A stretch of 63,840 nt of DNA, filler included, from an uncultured Methanosarcinales archaeon (GTDB taxonomy: Archaea; Nanobdellota; Nanobdellia; Woesearchaeales; CAYSVS01), in assembly GCA_964434475.1 (NCBI GenBank). It is 8 parts of 8 records of this genome, joined end to end, with 100 filler letters (N's around TTAATTAATTAA, not from the genome) between each part and the next. Parts side by side here need not be neighbours in the genome. Positions count along the whole stretch, not along the records: positions 1 to 8,886 come from CAYSVS010000053.1; positions 8,987 to 17,822 come from CAYSVS010000054.1; 6 more parts are not named here. The stretch is one strand, 5' to 3'. The notes beneath the pieces were generated by a model that did no database searches, was not told the DNA's origin, and worked only from the letters and a program-made list of their open reading frames with translations. This document shows, in pieces, positions 1 through 9,146 of this stretch (positions are counted from its first letter, which is position 1; every line of letters begins with the position of its first letter). The position numbers and the translations under genes are program-made.

Positions 1-3
1 AAT

Positions 4-55
4 GTGCAATTAATCTAAAAAGCTAAGCTAAACAGCAATTATGCAAAGTTCTCTA
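4..55 (-). mobile_element. Terminus of multicopy IS-like element A (end TAGAGAACTTTGCATAA...)
   Basis: Exact 52-bp reverse complement of 42989-43040; both copies lie at or next to contig ends. Confidence 0.6.
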
Positions 56-83
56 CAGAATCAACAAAAATTTCTAATATCTG

Positions 84-151
84 ACTATCCAACCACAGCA
101 AACTACAGAGTATACACCTGATTTGTTGCTTAGAAATAGGAATATTTAAGA
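84..151 (+). repeat. Dispersed REP-like repeat (core AGCAAACTRCAG..TAT), possibly derived from IS200/IS605 ends
   Basis: Similar to 13426-13492 and 49848-49883. Confidence 0.5.
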
Positions 152-257
152 CAAAAAATATTTGATAAACCTAACTTTGATGTTGTAAATATAAATATTT
201 ACAATTATTAACCATAAACAGTTACAGAACAACAGAAATGTAAAAAGCTGTTTGTAA

Positions 258-1148
258 TCAAAAAAGTAATTTTAAATCATCTAAAACCTTAACAGCCTTC
301 AATGCGCTTTTTTCTTTATCCTTTATCTCAAGCATAATATCAAAATCATATTTTTTTGTTTCTTGAACATATTTTTTAAAATCACGTATATTAATATGCT
401 CTGCATGCTTACCTTTTCTTTCTCTTTTTTTCTGGCTGCTATAATCTGTCATCAATAATCCGTCCTTTCTTCTCCATGTTGAATCTGCTAAAGATACAGC
501 TTCAGAATAGCTTTCTCCATTATTATAACAAAAATGATGAAAATTATCGAAAATGATAGGAATTTTTGTCTTTTCATTTATATCAAGACAATCTTTTAAG
601 CTATACATATAATGGTCATTCTCTATAGCCAACCTTTTCTTGATCAGATAAGGAAGCTTCTTGTATTCTTTAACAAACCTCTCTTTGGATTTTTCTTTAT
701 CGCCATATACTCCCCCTATATGTATCTGAACTTTTGCACTGGAATCAAGACCCATAGCATCTAGAACCTGACAATGATATTTTAATTCAGAAATACTCCT
801 CTTGACTATATCTTTTTTCAACGCATTTATCAATACAAACTGGTCAGGATGCATACTTATCCTTATTTTATTATTCAGAATAAATCTACCAATCTCCTTG
901 AATCTTCTATCAAAATGTTTAACCCAATCGAACTTACATACAGGATGAGAAGCAAAAGGAATCAAATCAGAAGAAATCCTAAAAAACATCAATCCTTTTG
1001 ATAGGTTCCACCGAAGGATTTTAAATAAGCAATCTAGATTATTGCTAACCTTTTCAATCAACAATCCCTCTGAATAATTCCTTAACCTAAACGTCCTATT
1101 AGCAGTACAGCCAATACTTCTATTTATACAAGGATATCCTATCTTCAT
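258..1148 (-). CDS. uvsE: UV damage endonuclease
   Basis: MKIGYPC, FFRISSDLIPFASHP, SMHPDQF, HIGG, LAIENDH, FDNFHH, DIMLEIKDKE motifs. Confidence 0.95.
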   Translation of the reverse strand: MKIGYPCINRSIGCTANRTFRLRNYSEGLLIEKVSNNLDCLFKILRWNLSKGLMFFRISSDLIPFASHPVCKFDWVKHFDRRFKEIGRFILNNKIRISMHPDQFVLINALKKDIVKRSISELKYHCQVLDAMGLDSSAKVQIHIGGVYGDKEKSKERFVKEYKKLPYLIKKRLAIENDHYMYSLKDCLDINEKTKIPIIFDNFHHFCYNNGESYSEAVSLADSTWRRKDGLLMTDYSSQKKRERKGKHAEHINIRDFKKYVQETKKYDFDIMLEIKDKEKSALKAVKVLDDLKLLF

Positions 1149-1180
1149 ACAATCACATCAAAAATTAAAAAACAAAAAAC

Positions 1181-1561
1181 CTAATCCTGCCACAATCCAT
1201 GAACATTACAGTAAGCTCTTGCCTTGACGCCTTCTGGATTTTCTAGTTCAAATAATACTTCTGGTTTGTCTCCAGGATATAGTCTTTTGCTCGCTATAAC
1301 TTCATCTCCACCCATTATCTCGATAAGCTCTATAAAATGCTTATCATCCATAGGATGCGGTGTTGAACCAACTTTTACATTAATCTTATTACCATCTATT
1401 TCAACAACAGGCTTATGCTTTTCTGTGCCTTCATCCTCAGTTTTCGCTTCCTGCAATATCATATCTTTGCCGCAGCAAACCAATGTTCCTTCATGCGCCT
1501 CTATAACTTCAACAACATTTCCACATACTTCACATTTATATATTCCATCTTTTTTTGCCAT
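1181..1561 (-). CDS. dfx: Desulfoferrodoxin (2Fe superoxide reductase)
   Basis: YKCEVCGN...CCG desulforedoxin centre; EKHKP, HPM, HFI, YCNVHGLW catalytic centre. Confidence 0.95.
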   Translation of the reverse strand: MAKKDGIYKCEVCGNVVEVIEAHEGTLVCCGKDMILQEAKTEDEGTEKHKPVVEIDGNKINVKVGSTPHPMDDKHFIELIEIMGGDEVIASKRLYPGDKPEVLFELENPEGVKARAYCNVHGLWQD

Positions 1562-1577
1562 GATTATTACCTCCTAG

Positions 1578-1763
1578 TCATTTAATTCTACAAGTATTTA
1601 TGCCCATCAAAGCGTATGCTAAACAAAAACCACTAACAGCAGTAAAAACCAATATTAAAGTCAGCAGATACCACCAAGCATTATATACATATCCTAAATA
1701 CGCAAAAATTATCGCCAAGACCCATCTTATAATCTTATCGTTTTTTCCTATATTTCTTTTCAT
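1578..1763 (-). CDS. DUF2892/YgaP-like small membrane protein
   Basis: MKRNIGKNDKIIR...GFCLAYALMGINTC pattern; two hydrophobic segments. Confidence 0.85.
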   Translation of the reverse strand: MKRNIGKNDKIIRWVLAIIFAYLGYVYNAWWYLLTLILVFTAVSGFCLAYALMGINTCRIK

Positions 1764-1775
1764 TTAATTCACCTT

Positions 1776-2786
1776 TTATCTCAAAGACATTATTTTTTTA
1801 CCTTTAAGTTTTGCCTTAATGTTCTTAATTGTAGTATCCAATATCCTTACTAAAGCTTCCTTTGAATTAAAAGCATTATGAGGAGTAAACACTACATTTT
1901 CCATCTTGAACAACTTTTGATCCCTTACTATAGCCTTCCATTTCTTCGGATTTTTCTTGGTTTTCAAAAGCTGATGCTCTTCTTTGATAAGTTCTTCACC
2001 TTCAATAACATCTAGTCCTGCTCCTCCAAGTATATTATTTTTTAAAGCCCAATACAAGGCATCAGTATCAACAACACCTCCTCTTGAAGTGTTTATCAAC
2101 AAAGGTTTTTTCTTCATCTTTTTCAGGTTTGCTTTATTTATCATATGATGCGTATGTTTATTATATGGAACATGTAGAGTTATTATATCTGAAACCTTAA
2201 GAAGTTCGTCAAGATCAAGATATTTGAAGTTTATAACTTCTGCCAAAAAATCATCCCTGTTTATATCAAAAACCCTTACATGCATCCCAAATGCTCTTGC
2301 TATCCTTGCTACATGAAGTCCTATGTGACCTCCTCCAATAATGCCTATAGTCTTGTCCTTAAGATCAAACCCAGTCAAACCTTTTATAGAAAAATCATTC
2401 TTCAATGTCCTAACATGACTTTTGTGTATATTCCTTGATAAAGCAAGTATAAGTCCAAAAGTATGCTCTGCAACAGTATTTTCACCATATGCAGGAACAT
2501 TGCATACTGTAATATCCCTTTTTTTACACTCTTCAACATCTATATGATCATAGCCAGTCGATCTTGTACTAATCAACTTTAATTTCAACAATTTATCCAA
2601 CATATTCTTATCAACACAAGAAGAGATAAATACAGATATCATATCAAAATGTTTTATCTTTGAAACATTATTGTGATCAAGTTTACTTTCAAAGAATTTT
2701 AAAGTATGGTTCTTAAGTTTTTTTGACAGATAATCTTTTTCCCAATCTTTTATATCAAAAAAAGCTATCTTAACCATCTCAAACAC
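1776..2786 (-). CDS. D-isomer-specific 2-hydroxyacid dehydrogenase (D-lactate dehydrogenase-like)
   Basis: RSTGYDHID, NVPAYG, GGGHIG, INTSRG, GLDVIEGE, TPHNAF. Confidence 0.9.
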   Translation of the reverse strand: MFEMVKIAFFDIKDWEKDYLSKKLKNHTLKFFESKLDHNNVSKIKHFDMISVFISSCVDKNMLDKLLKLKLISTRSTGYDHIDVEECKKRDITVCNVPAYGENTVAEHTFGLILALSRNIHKSHVRTLKNDFSIKGLTGFDLKDKTIGIIGGGHIGLHVARIARAFGMHVRVFDINRDDFLAEVINFKYLDLDELLKVSDIITLHVPYNKHTHHMINKANLKKMKKKPLLINTSRGGVVDTDALYWALKNNILGGAGLDVIEGEELIKEEHQLLKTKKNPKKWKAIVRDQKLFKMENVVFTPHNAFNSKEALVRILDTTIKNIKAKLKGKKIMSLR

Positions 2787-2797
2787 CTCTTACAGTC

Positions 2798-3706
2798 TCA
2801 TTTGCCTTTTCTGCCTGCCAAATATCTAGCAGCCTTAAGCAATGCCATACAGCCTTGTCCTGCTGCAATCACGTATTGATATTCATGACTTGAAGCGCAG
2901 TCACCTGCTGCAAAGATACCTTCCACATCTGTTCTTGTCCCACAATCTATATCGATATGCTTATGTTCATCCATCTTAACGAGATTTTCAAAAGGCTCTG
3001 TATTGGGTATCCTGCCTATCTCAATAATAACTCCTTCCACTTCAACTTCTGATTCTTCTCCATCTTTTTGGTACTTTAAGCTTTTGACAAACTTATCGCC
3101 TAAAATCTCTTTTGTCTCTGCATTATAGATGATCTCTAGATTTTTTATTTTCTTTATATTATCCTGAAGGTATTCATGCCCCCCTAATCTATCCTCAAGA
3201 ACAATAAGATATATTTTTTTTGCTACATCTTTCATGAAATCAACAGCCTCTAATGCAGAAGCTCCTCCACCAACAACTGCAACTTCTTTGTCTGAAAACA
3301 AAGGTCCGTCGCAAACAGCGCAATAGGTAACACCTTTTTTAGCGAACTTCTCTTCCCCAGGAACACCAAGCTTTCTTGGACGTGCGCCTGAAACGATTAT
3401 CACAGTCTTAGTTTCGTATTCTTTTTTATCGCTGACGACAATAAAAGTACTGTCTTTTTTCTTAACTTCTTTGACAGTCTCTTGTTTGACATCAACATCG
3501 TTAAACTTAATCTGTTCCTCCATCTTAGAAGCAAACCCTTCGCCATTTGTCTTAACAATTCCAGGATAGTTCAACACCTCTCCACTTTCCATAAACTGTC
3601 CGCCAAAATCTGTAGAAAGTATCTCAAACTTCATGTTTTTCCTTGAAGCATATATTGCAGCCGTTAATCCTGCAATACCTGCACCGATTATTATTGTATC
3701 GTACAT
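2798..3706 (-). CDS. trxB: Thioredoxin reductase (FAD-dependent disulfide oxidoreductase)
   Basis: GAGIAG, GVTYCAVCDG, VVGGGASA, GIFAAGD. Confidence 0.9.
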   Translation of the reverse strand: MYDTIIIGAGIAGLTAAIYASRKNMKFEILSTDFGGQFMESGEVLNYPGIVKTNGEGFASKMEEQIKFNDVDVKQETVKEVKKKDSTFIVVSDKKEYETKTVIIVSGARPRKLGVPGEEKFAKKGVTYCAVCDGPLFSDKEVAVVGGGASALEAVDFMKDVAKKIYLIVLEDRLGGHEYLQDNIKKIKNLEIIYNAETKEILGDKFVKSLKYQKDGEESEVEVEGVIIEIGRIPNTEPFENLVKMDEHKHIDIDCGTRTDVEGIFAAGDCASSHEYQYVIAAGQGCMALLKAARYLAGRKGK

Positions 3707-3707
3707 C

Positions 3708-3947
3708 TTACTTTAATGCTTCTTCAATCGCATCCTTATCAAAGCCTACTATAATCTTGTCTCCTATCATTATTACAGGAACACCCATCTGGCCGGACTT
3801 TTCAACCATATCATCTCTTGCTTTTTCATCCTCTGCAACATTCTTATCTTCAAACTCAATATTTTTTTCTTTCAAGAACTCCTTTATTTTCTTACACCAT
3901 GGACATGTCGGCGTTGAATAAACAATAACTTTTGCCATCGCATTCAC
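3708..3947 (-). CDS. Glutaredoxin-like NrdH/YruB redoxin (start possibly 3938)
   Basis: YSTPTCPWC and SGQMGVPVI motifs; adjacent to trxB. Confidence 0.92.
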   Translation of the reverse strand: MNAMAKVIVYSTPTCPWCKKIKEFLKEKNIEFEDKNVAEDEKARDDMVEKSGQMGVPVIMIGDKIIVGFDKDAIEEALK

Positions 3948-3948
3948 C

Positions 3949-4617
3949 TCATTTTAATATTTCATTTGTTTTCATATACCACATATAAAAATCAAGCTCT
4001 GCTTGACTTAAGTTCAATTTAGAGCATATCTTAACAAGCTTATCCTCAATCTCTAAATAAGCATTCTTATTTAATGATTTTGGTTTCTCAACAAGCAAAT
4101 GATTCTCAACCAAAATATTTAATATATGCCTGTCAAGTATTGCCAAATTCTTATACCCTACATTCCTTAAGAAATGCGAAGCTTCCTTATAACCAATGCC
4201 TTTAATATTGTCGACAAGCCATTCTCTTGCTTGTTTCTCACCATCAAATCTTTTAATCTTATTTTTTATGTCAATGTTCTTTCTTGCTTCGATTATATAT
4301 TTTGTCTTGTTGTTATGAAATCTATGCTTATTCTTTATGATACATTGCCTAATATCATCTGCGCAACTATCGCAGAATCCTTTTGCCCCTAAATCTTTCT
4401 GGATATTTATCGCTGTTTTTGCTTTTGAATTAGCTGTCAACATACAAAAACAAAGTTCAGAAAACCATTCTTTATTAGATTTTCTGTTCAAGGTTTCAAA
4501 CTGCTTTATCCTTTTGTCTACTATTTTCTTTACATCTGATCCTTTCAAAGATTCTATTTCCTTTATTAACCTGTTTTCTGTCATTTTTGTTTTTATTTTC
4601 TTATTTTCATTTATCAA
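3949..4617 (-). CDS. ogg: 8-oxoguanine N-glycosylase/DNA lyase (OGG2 type); start possibly 4584
   Basis: ELCFCMLTANS, HRFHNNK, IKGIGYKEASHFLRNVG, AILDRHI, LDFYMWYMKT. Confidence 0.92.
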   Translation of the reverse strand: MINENKKIKTKMTENRLIKEIESLKGSDVKKIVDKRIKQFETLNRKSNKEWFSELCFCMLTANSKAKTAINIQKDLGAKGFCDSCADDIRQCIIKNKHRFHNNKTKYIIEARKNIDIKNKIKRFDGEKQAREWLVDNIKGIGYKEASHFLRNVGYKNLAILDRHILNILVENHLLVEKPKSLNKNAYLEIEDKLVKICSKLNLSQAELDFYMWYMKTNEILK

Positions 4618-4636
4618 ACCACATTTTCAAGATAAA

Positions 4637-5290
4637 TCATCTACTTTGCTTAATACCAACGCGATTGCAATATTTTTTTATAGGACATCTGCTACAATAT
4701 GGAGATACAGGCCTACATAGATTCTGGCCAAAAGCCACAAATATGCTGTTAAATGTTCTCCAATATCTTTTAGGCAATTTCTTCCTCAAAGCCATCTCTG
4801 TCTGTAATGGCGTTGTTGTTTTCACATACCCTAACCTGTTCATTATCTTATGCACATGAGTATCAACACAAACACCATAATCCTTAAACGCTATCGCCAC
4901 AACAAGATTTGCTGTCTTTCTTCCAACACCTGGAAGCTTGACCAATTCTTCAACTGTTCTGGGAATCTTATTATTAAAATTCTTTTCCAACACTTTTGGA
5001 AGCTGTTTAAGATGCTTTGATTTTGTCTTGTAAAAACCCACAGGAAATATCAATTTCTCTATCTGTTTTTGCGTTAACTTGTGCAGATCTTCAGGATTTC
5101 CAATTTTTTCAAACAATCTTTTTGCAGCCTGACTCGTAACTTCATCTTTTGTTCTTGCAGACAATATTGTCGCTACCAGCACCTTAAAGGGATCATCTGT
5201 CTGTATTTCTATAAGATCAACTATAGGCGCATCGTAATTCTTAACTTCTTTCTTCAATATCCTATGGATTTTTGCAATATCTACTTTCAT
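4637..5290 (-). CDS. nth: Endonuclease III
   Basis: HhH LPGVGRKTA, VDTHV, C-terminal Fe-S motif CX6CX2CX5C. Confidence 0.95.
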   Translation of the reverse strand: MKVDIAKIHRILKKEVKNYDAPIVDLIEIQTDDPFKVLVATILSARTKDEVTSQAAKRLFEKIGNPEDLHKLTQKQIEKLIFPVGFYKTKSKHLKQLPKVLEKNFNNKIPRTVEELVKLPGVGRKTANLVVAIAFKDYGVCVDTHVHKIMNRLGYVKTTTPLQTEMALRKKLPKRYWRTFNSIFVAFGQNLCRPVSPYCSRCPIKKYCNRVGIKQSR

Positions 5291-5297
5291 CTTTAAT

Positions 5298-5474
5298 TCA
5301 ATAATAACTACTCTTTGAAGGTTTTTCTACTGAAACACACCATCCTGAACTACAATCTATGCCCCATCTAAAAACACCATAAGATTCATTTTTGAAGCTA
5401 TACCTACTACTATTATATCCAGTTATTATGCTATAAGTTGCTCTTCCACTCCCGTATGATGAATTATATGACAT
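5298..5474 (-). CDS. 58-aa Ser/Tyr/Gly-rich peptide (MSYNSSYGSGRATYSIITGYNSSRYSFKNESYGVFRWGIDCSSGWCVSVEKPSKSSYY)
   Basis: Hand-translated; below the ORF-track cutoff; fills the gap and stops 7 nt before the nth start. Confidence 0.55.
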   Translation of the reverse strand: MSYNSSYGSGRATYSIITGYNSSRYSFKNESYGVFRWGIDCSSGWCVSVEKPSKSSYY

Positions 5475-5516
5475 TTTTATCTCTTATAAATAATTAAAAA
5501 AATAAATTAAAAAAAA

Positions 5517-5612
5517 TCAATCTTCTTTTGATTGTTCTTCTTCCTTTTTCTTCTGCTCTTTCCACTCTTCTTCACTTAAATGTTCACATCCACAACATCC
5601 TTCACATCCCAT
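5517..5612 (-). CDS. 31-aa Cys-rich peptide (MGCEGCCGCEHLSEEEWKEQKKKEEEQSKED)
   Basis: Hand-translated; ATG 1 nt after the rubrerythrin stop, GGGGGT RBS-like motif upstream, T-tracts downstream. Confidence 0.6.
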   Translation of the reverse strand: MGCEGCCGCEHLSEEEWKEQKKKEEEQSKED

Positions 5613-5613
5613 C

Positions 5614-6168
5614 TTAATTACCCCCATTACATGCATCACATTCTTCTGCAAAGCAAAAACATTCAGGCTCATAATATTCGCTTGGATGCTTACAGCTAGG
5701 ACATTCTTCAGGCGGCTCTTCTGCTATATGTATATAACCACATTTACTGCATTTCCACCTTATTGGTTTTTCTCTTTTGTACAAAGTACCATTTTCAAGC
5801 ATATCAAGTAATTTCTTGAACCTATTCCTGTGCTGCTCCTCTACTTTGGCTATCATCCTAAACAAAGCAGCAGCTTCTTTGTTACCTTCTTCTTCAGCTA
5901 TCTTCGCAAACTCAGGATACATCTCTAGAGTTTCATGATTTTCTCCTTCAATAGCTTCTTTTAAGTTTGCAGCTGTATCTCCAATACCATTAAGCAGTTT
6001 AAATTCATCCTTTGCATGCTGCATCTCATTTATCGCTGTTTCCTCAAAGATTTTAGCAATATAATGATATCCTTGTTTTCTTGCAACCTTTGCAAAATAA
6101 TTGTATTTATTTCTTGCTTGACTCTCGCCAGCAAAAGCAGCTTTCAAATTTTCTTCTGTTTTACTCAT
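5614..6168 (-). CDS. rbr: Rubrerythrin
   Basis: AFAGESQARNKY, ExxH di-iron motifs, WKCSKCGY...CPSCKHP rubredoxin domain. Confidence 0.95.
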   Translation of the reverse strand: MSKTEENLKAAFAGESQARNKYNYFAKVARKQGYHYIAKIFEETAINEMQHAKDEFKLLNGIGDTAANLKEAIEGENHETLEMYPEFAKIAEEEGNKEAAALFRMIAKVEEQHRNRFKKLLDMLENGTLYKREKPIRWKCSKCGYIHIAEEPPEECPSCKHPSEYYEPECFCFAEECDACNGGN

Positions 6169-6299
6169 TTTTTTATACCTCCTTACATCTCTTATGTTTA
6201 ATATTAACTATTGTCTCAATCTCTTATTTTATACAACTACTGCAATTTATTATCTTAAACTTAATTTCATCGCATTTAAACTGACTAATCAGTTCAATC

Positions 6300-6743
6300 T
6301 TATTTTCTATTTCCATCACCTCTACTACATTTTTTACATATTCCATGGAACAATACCATTACTGAAGTTGGAATAAAATCATCGCTTGTTATTCTCATCA
6401 TAGCATAATCAGATATCTCTTTGTCAAAAAAATCCTGAACACAACCGCATCTATCACATACACAATGCTGGTGATTGCTTATATCTCCATCAAATCTTGC
6501 TTCGTTATTGACTTCAATTTTCAAAATTTGGCCTTGCTTTGCCAACAAATTAAGGTTTCTATAAATTGTAGCTATACCAATATTAGGCATATCATTCTTT
6601 ATGCCTTCATATACCATCTCAGCATTAGGGTGTGTATTTACACTACGCAAATATTCAATAATCTTTTTTCGCTGACAAGTATTTCTTCTGTTTATCACAT
6701 AAATAACCTTGTTTTCAATAATTTTTAGCTTATTTTTGTTCAT
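6300..6743 (-). CDS. Fur/PerR family transcriptional regulator
   Basis: HPNAEMVY, IATIYRNL, HQHCVCDRCG, GICKKC. Confidence 0.92.
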   Translation of the reverse strand: MNKNKLKIIENKVIYVINRRNTCQRKKIIEYLRSVNTHPNAEMVYEGIKNDMPNIGIATIYRNLNLLAKQGQILKIEVNNEARFDGDISNHQHCVCDRCGCVQDFFDKEISDYAMMRITSDDFIPTSVMVLFHGICKKCSRGDGNRK

Positions 6744-6746
6744 TAA

Positions 6747-6761
6747 CGATAATTATTATCA
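6747..6761. promoter_or_regulatory. Fur/Per-box-like operator cGATAAT-T-ATTATCa
   Basis: 7-1-7 inverted repeat between the minus-strand TATA (about 6780-6787) and the regulator start. Confidence 0.65.
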
Positions 6762-6797
6762 ATAAAAAATAACAACCAATATATAAATATTCGTATC

Positions 6798-7046
6798 TTA
6801 AAAGAAATATTTCTTTGTCATAGCCTTAATCCAGTCCAAATGTAGAATAATATGCACCAACACAAGAATCCCCATAAATAATCCTGAAAAATCATGCATC
6901 CTGCCAATCAATCTCCAATCCGTTATAAAACCTAAATTTCTTCTTAAACTCGGCCATTTCAGAATACCAGTAACAAATGCAATCAAAAAAGTTATCATCA
7001 ATCCAACATCAACAATATAATTGATCTTTAGTTTATCCATAATCAC
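6798..7046 (-). CDS. DUF4405-like small membrane protein
   Basis: TG...W..MHDFSG...LVHIILHLDWI pattern with two TM histidine sets. Confidence 0.75.
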   Translation of the reverse strand: MIMDKLKINYIVDVGLMITFLIAFVTGILKWPSLRRNLGFITDWRLIGRMHDFSGLFMGILVLVHIILHLDWIKAMTKKYFF

Positions 7047-7222
7047 ACCTCTTTAAAGATATTTAGTATCTTATTTCCTTAATTTTATTTAATATTTTTT
7101 ATTTAAAGTAATCTATTTATTAGAAAATAATATTTAAAAATATCACACAATCAATACATTTAAATAATATAATATACAAATAAGTATAATAAAATACAAA
7201 AAACAATACGGTAGGTGATAAT

Positions 7223-7963
7223 ATGAAAAAAATGTTTACTATACTTTTGATATTAAGCCTTATGTGCTCATCAGTTATAGCACTGCAAGGAGATTCAAAA
7301 GAACAAAGACAAGATAATGTTTTGACTAATTCTGAAGCAGAATTTGAAGAATTAGATAAATCAACAGACAACGAAAAAATCAAAACTGGAGAAGCTAAAC
7401 CGATCAAAGCTCAAGAAAATATAGAAACAAAAGCAACAGCAATAGTCAAAGCACAAGTTAAAGCTCAAAATAAAGAAGAAGTTAAAGCAATGGTTCAAGC
7501 TAAAGAACAGGAATTAGAACAGAATTTAGCAGGCAAATCCGAAAAAGAGCAAAATGTTCTAAAAAACCAGAACCAAGTAAGAACAGCTGTTCATGCATTA
7601 TTAGCTATGGAAGATATGGTTGGCGGCATAGGTACGCAAGTCAGGGAAATAGCTAGAAACTTCAACAACTCAGTTCAGGCAACAATAAATGCTGAACAGA
7701 AAATACAAGAAAGAGGCGCATTCGCAAGATTCTTTGCAGGCGGAGATGCTAAAGCAGCAGAAGAACTAGAAACAGAAGTAGAATCAAACAAGGAAAAACT
7801 ACAGCTTTTGAAAGAACTTAAAGACCAAAGCAATTCAACTCCTGACACAAAAGAATTACTTCAAGAACAGATCCAAAATATGGAACAAGAGCAAAATAGG
7901 CTGGAAGAGCTTGCCCAGAAAGAGAAAAACAGTAAAGGATTGTTCGGCTGGCTTTGGAAATAA
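7223..7963 (+). CDS. Secreted coiled-coil hypothetical protein
   Basis: Signal peptide, Q/E/K-rich helices, GGIGTQVREIA motif, C-terminal GLFGWLWK; GGTGA RBS. Confidence 0.8.
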   Translation: MKKMFTILLILSLMCSSVIALQGDSKEQRQDNVLTNSEAEFEELDKSTDNEKIKTGEAKPIKAQENIETKATAIVKAQVKAQNKEEVKAMVQAKEQELEQNLAGKSEKEQNVLKNQNQVRTAVHALLAMEDMVGGIGTQVREIARNFNNSVQATINAEQKIQERGAFARFFAGGDAKAAEELETEVESNKEKLQLLKELKDQSNSTPDTKELLQEQIQNMEQEQNRLEELAQKEKNSKGLFGWLWK

Positions 7964-8068
7964 AATAAACATTTTTTCTTTTTAATTTTCTTATCAATAT
8001 TTTAAATTCATAGATAAATATATAAAGCAAAAGATTAAAAATAATATAAAAATATAATTAAAGTTGAG

Positions 8069-8800
8069 GTGAAATTTATGAATTTTGAACAAGCTATAAA
8101 AAGACCATTTCTTAATGTAAAAAAATTAATAATAGGCATTTTGCTTAGCATAATTCCGATAATAAATCTATTCTCATTAGGCTACATACTAGAATGTGCA
8201 AATGTGAAAAAGAAAAAGATCAAAGGATTACCTGAATGGAAAAATTTTGGCAATTTATTCCTGCAAGGATTGCTAGGAACCATAACTTGGATAATATATC
8301 TAATACCTGCACTATTGGTTGTTTTGATAGGTGCAGGAAAATCCATCTCTGAATTGATTAAAACATTGATAAAGATTTTACCAGCAGAAACATTAGAGTC
8401 AGTTGCTGCAGGCCAAACATCCTTTCAGGTAATAGAACAGACAATCCAGAACAATGCAACCCTACTTATGCCTTTTGTCGCAGAAATAATACCCTTTATA
8501 ATAATTGCAGGCATACTTGTTTTAATTGCAACATATTTATTTCCAGCAGGAATAATGAATTATCTGAGCTCAAACAGATTCTCAGACATATTAGCGTTCA
8601 ATAAAATATTTAAAAAATCGCTAAATGGAGAATATTTTGTTGCTTGGATTGTTACGATTGTCGTTTTTATAATAACAAGCATCATTGCAAGCGTTATATT
8701 CTTCTTTTCTCCAGCACTAGCTAACGGAGTAAACATGTTCATAGGAGGAGTTATAGCATACACATTGCTCGGAGAAGCTTATAATAAGATAAAAGTTTGA
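8069..8800 (+). CDS. DUF4013-like membrane protein
   Basis: IPIINLFSLGY...LPEWKNFGNLF pattern; multiple TM segments. Confidence 0.8.
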   Translation: MKFMNFEQAIKRPFLNVKKLIIGILLSIIPIINLFSLGYILECANVKKKKIKGLPEWKNFGNLFLQGLLGTITWIIYLIPALLVVLIGAGKSISELIKTLIKILPAETLESVAAGQTSFQVIEQTIQNNATLLMPFVAEIIPFIIIAGILVLIATYLFPAGIMNYLSSNRFSDILAFNKIFKKSLNGEYFVAWIVTIVVFIITSIIASVIFFFSPALANGVNMFIGGVIAYTLLGEAYNKIKV

Positions 8801-8886
8801 TTTTTTTATTTTTTTTCTATTGCTATTTTTTTATTGATCAACCTTCTCAGTTAGATTTAAAAATAAATAACACCTAACTAACTTAT

Positions 8887-8986
8887 NNNNNNNNNNNNNN
8901 NNNNNNNNNNNNNNNNNNNNNNNNNNNNNNTTAATTAATTAANNNNNNNNNNNNNNNNNNNNNNNNNNNNNNNNNNNNNNNNNNNN
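8887..8986. other. Artificial contig linker (also 17823-17922, 26665-26764, 34887-34986, 43041-43140, 51082-51181, 59057-59156)
   Basis: N44-TTAATTAATTAA-N44 six-frame-stop spacer. Confidence 0.98.
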
Positions 8987-9040
8987 TGTACTGGAGAATA
9001 TAGATGCGATGATTTCAAGAATTATTAGCTATGCACATAC
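8987..9040 (-). mobile_element. Left end of IS-like element B (TIR GTATGTGCATAGCT)
   Basis: Exact 54-bp reverse complement of 34833-34886. Confidence 0.75.
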
Positions 9041-9146
9041 TGTTTCTTGAACATAAACCCAGGAACTTTAGTTCCGCTGCTTTTTTTTACAGAAAGCTAA
9101 GAAGCTTCTGCTTCCTTTGACTTCTGTTTTTTTGTTAATGTTTTAT

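Noticed and set aside
6224..6316. 30-aa ORF MEIENK...NCSSCIK between fur and rbr
   Set aside because: RBS overlaps the ATG, the ORF overlaps fur, and nothing is recognisable; not supportable
8887..8986. Repeated TTAATTAATTAA within N runs
   Set aside because: Artificial linkers; adjacency across them is not biological
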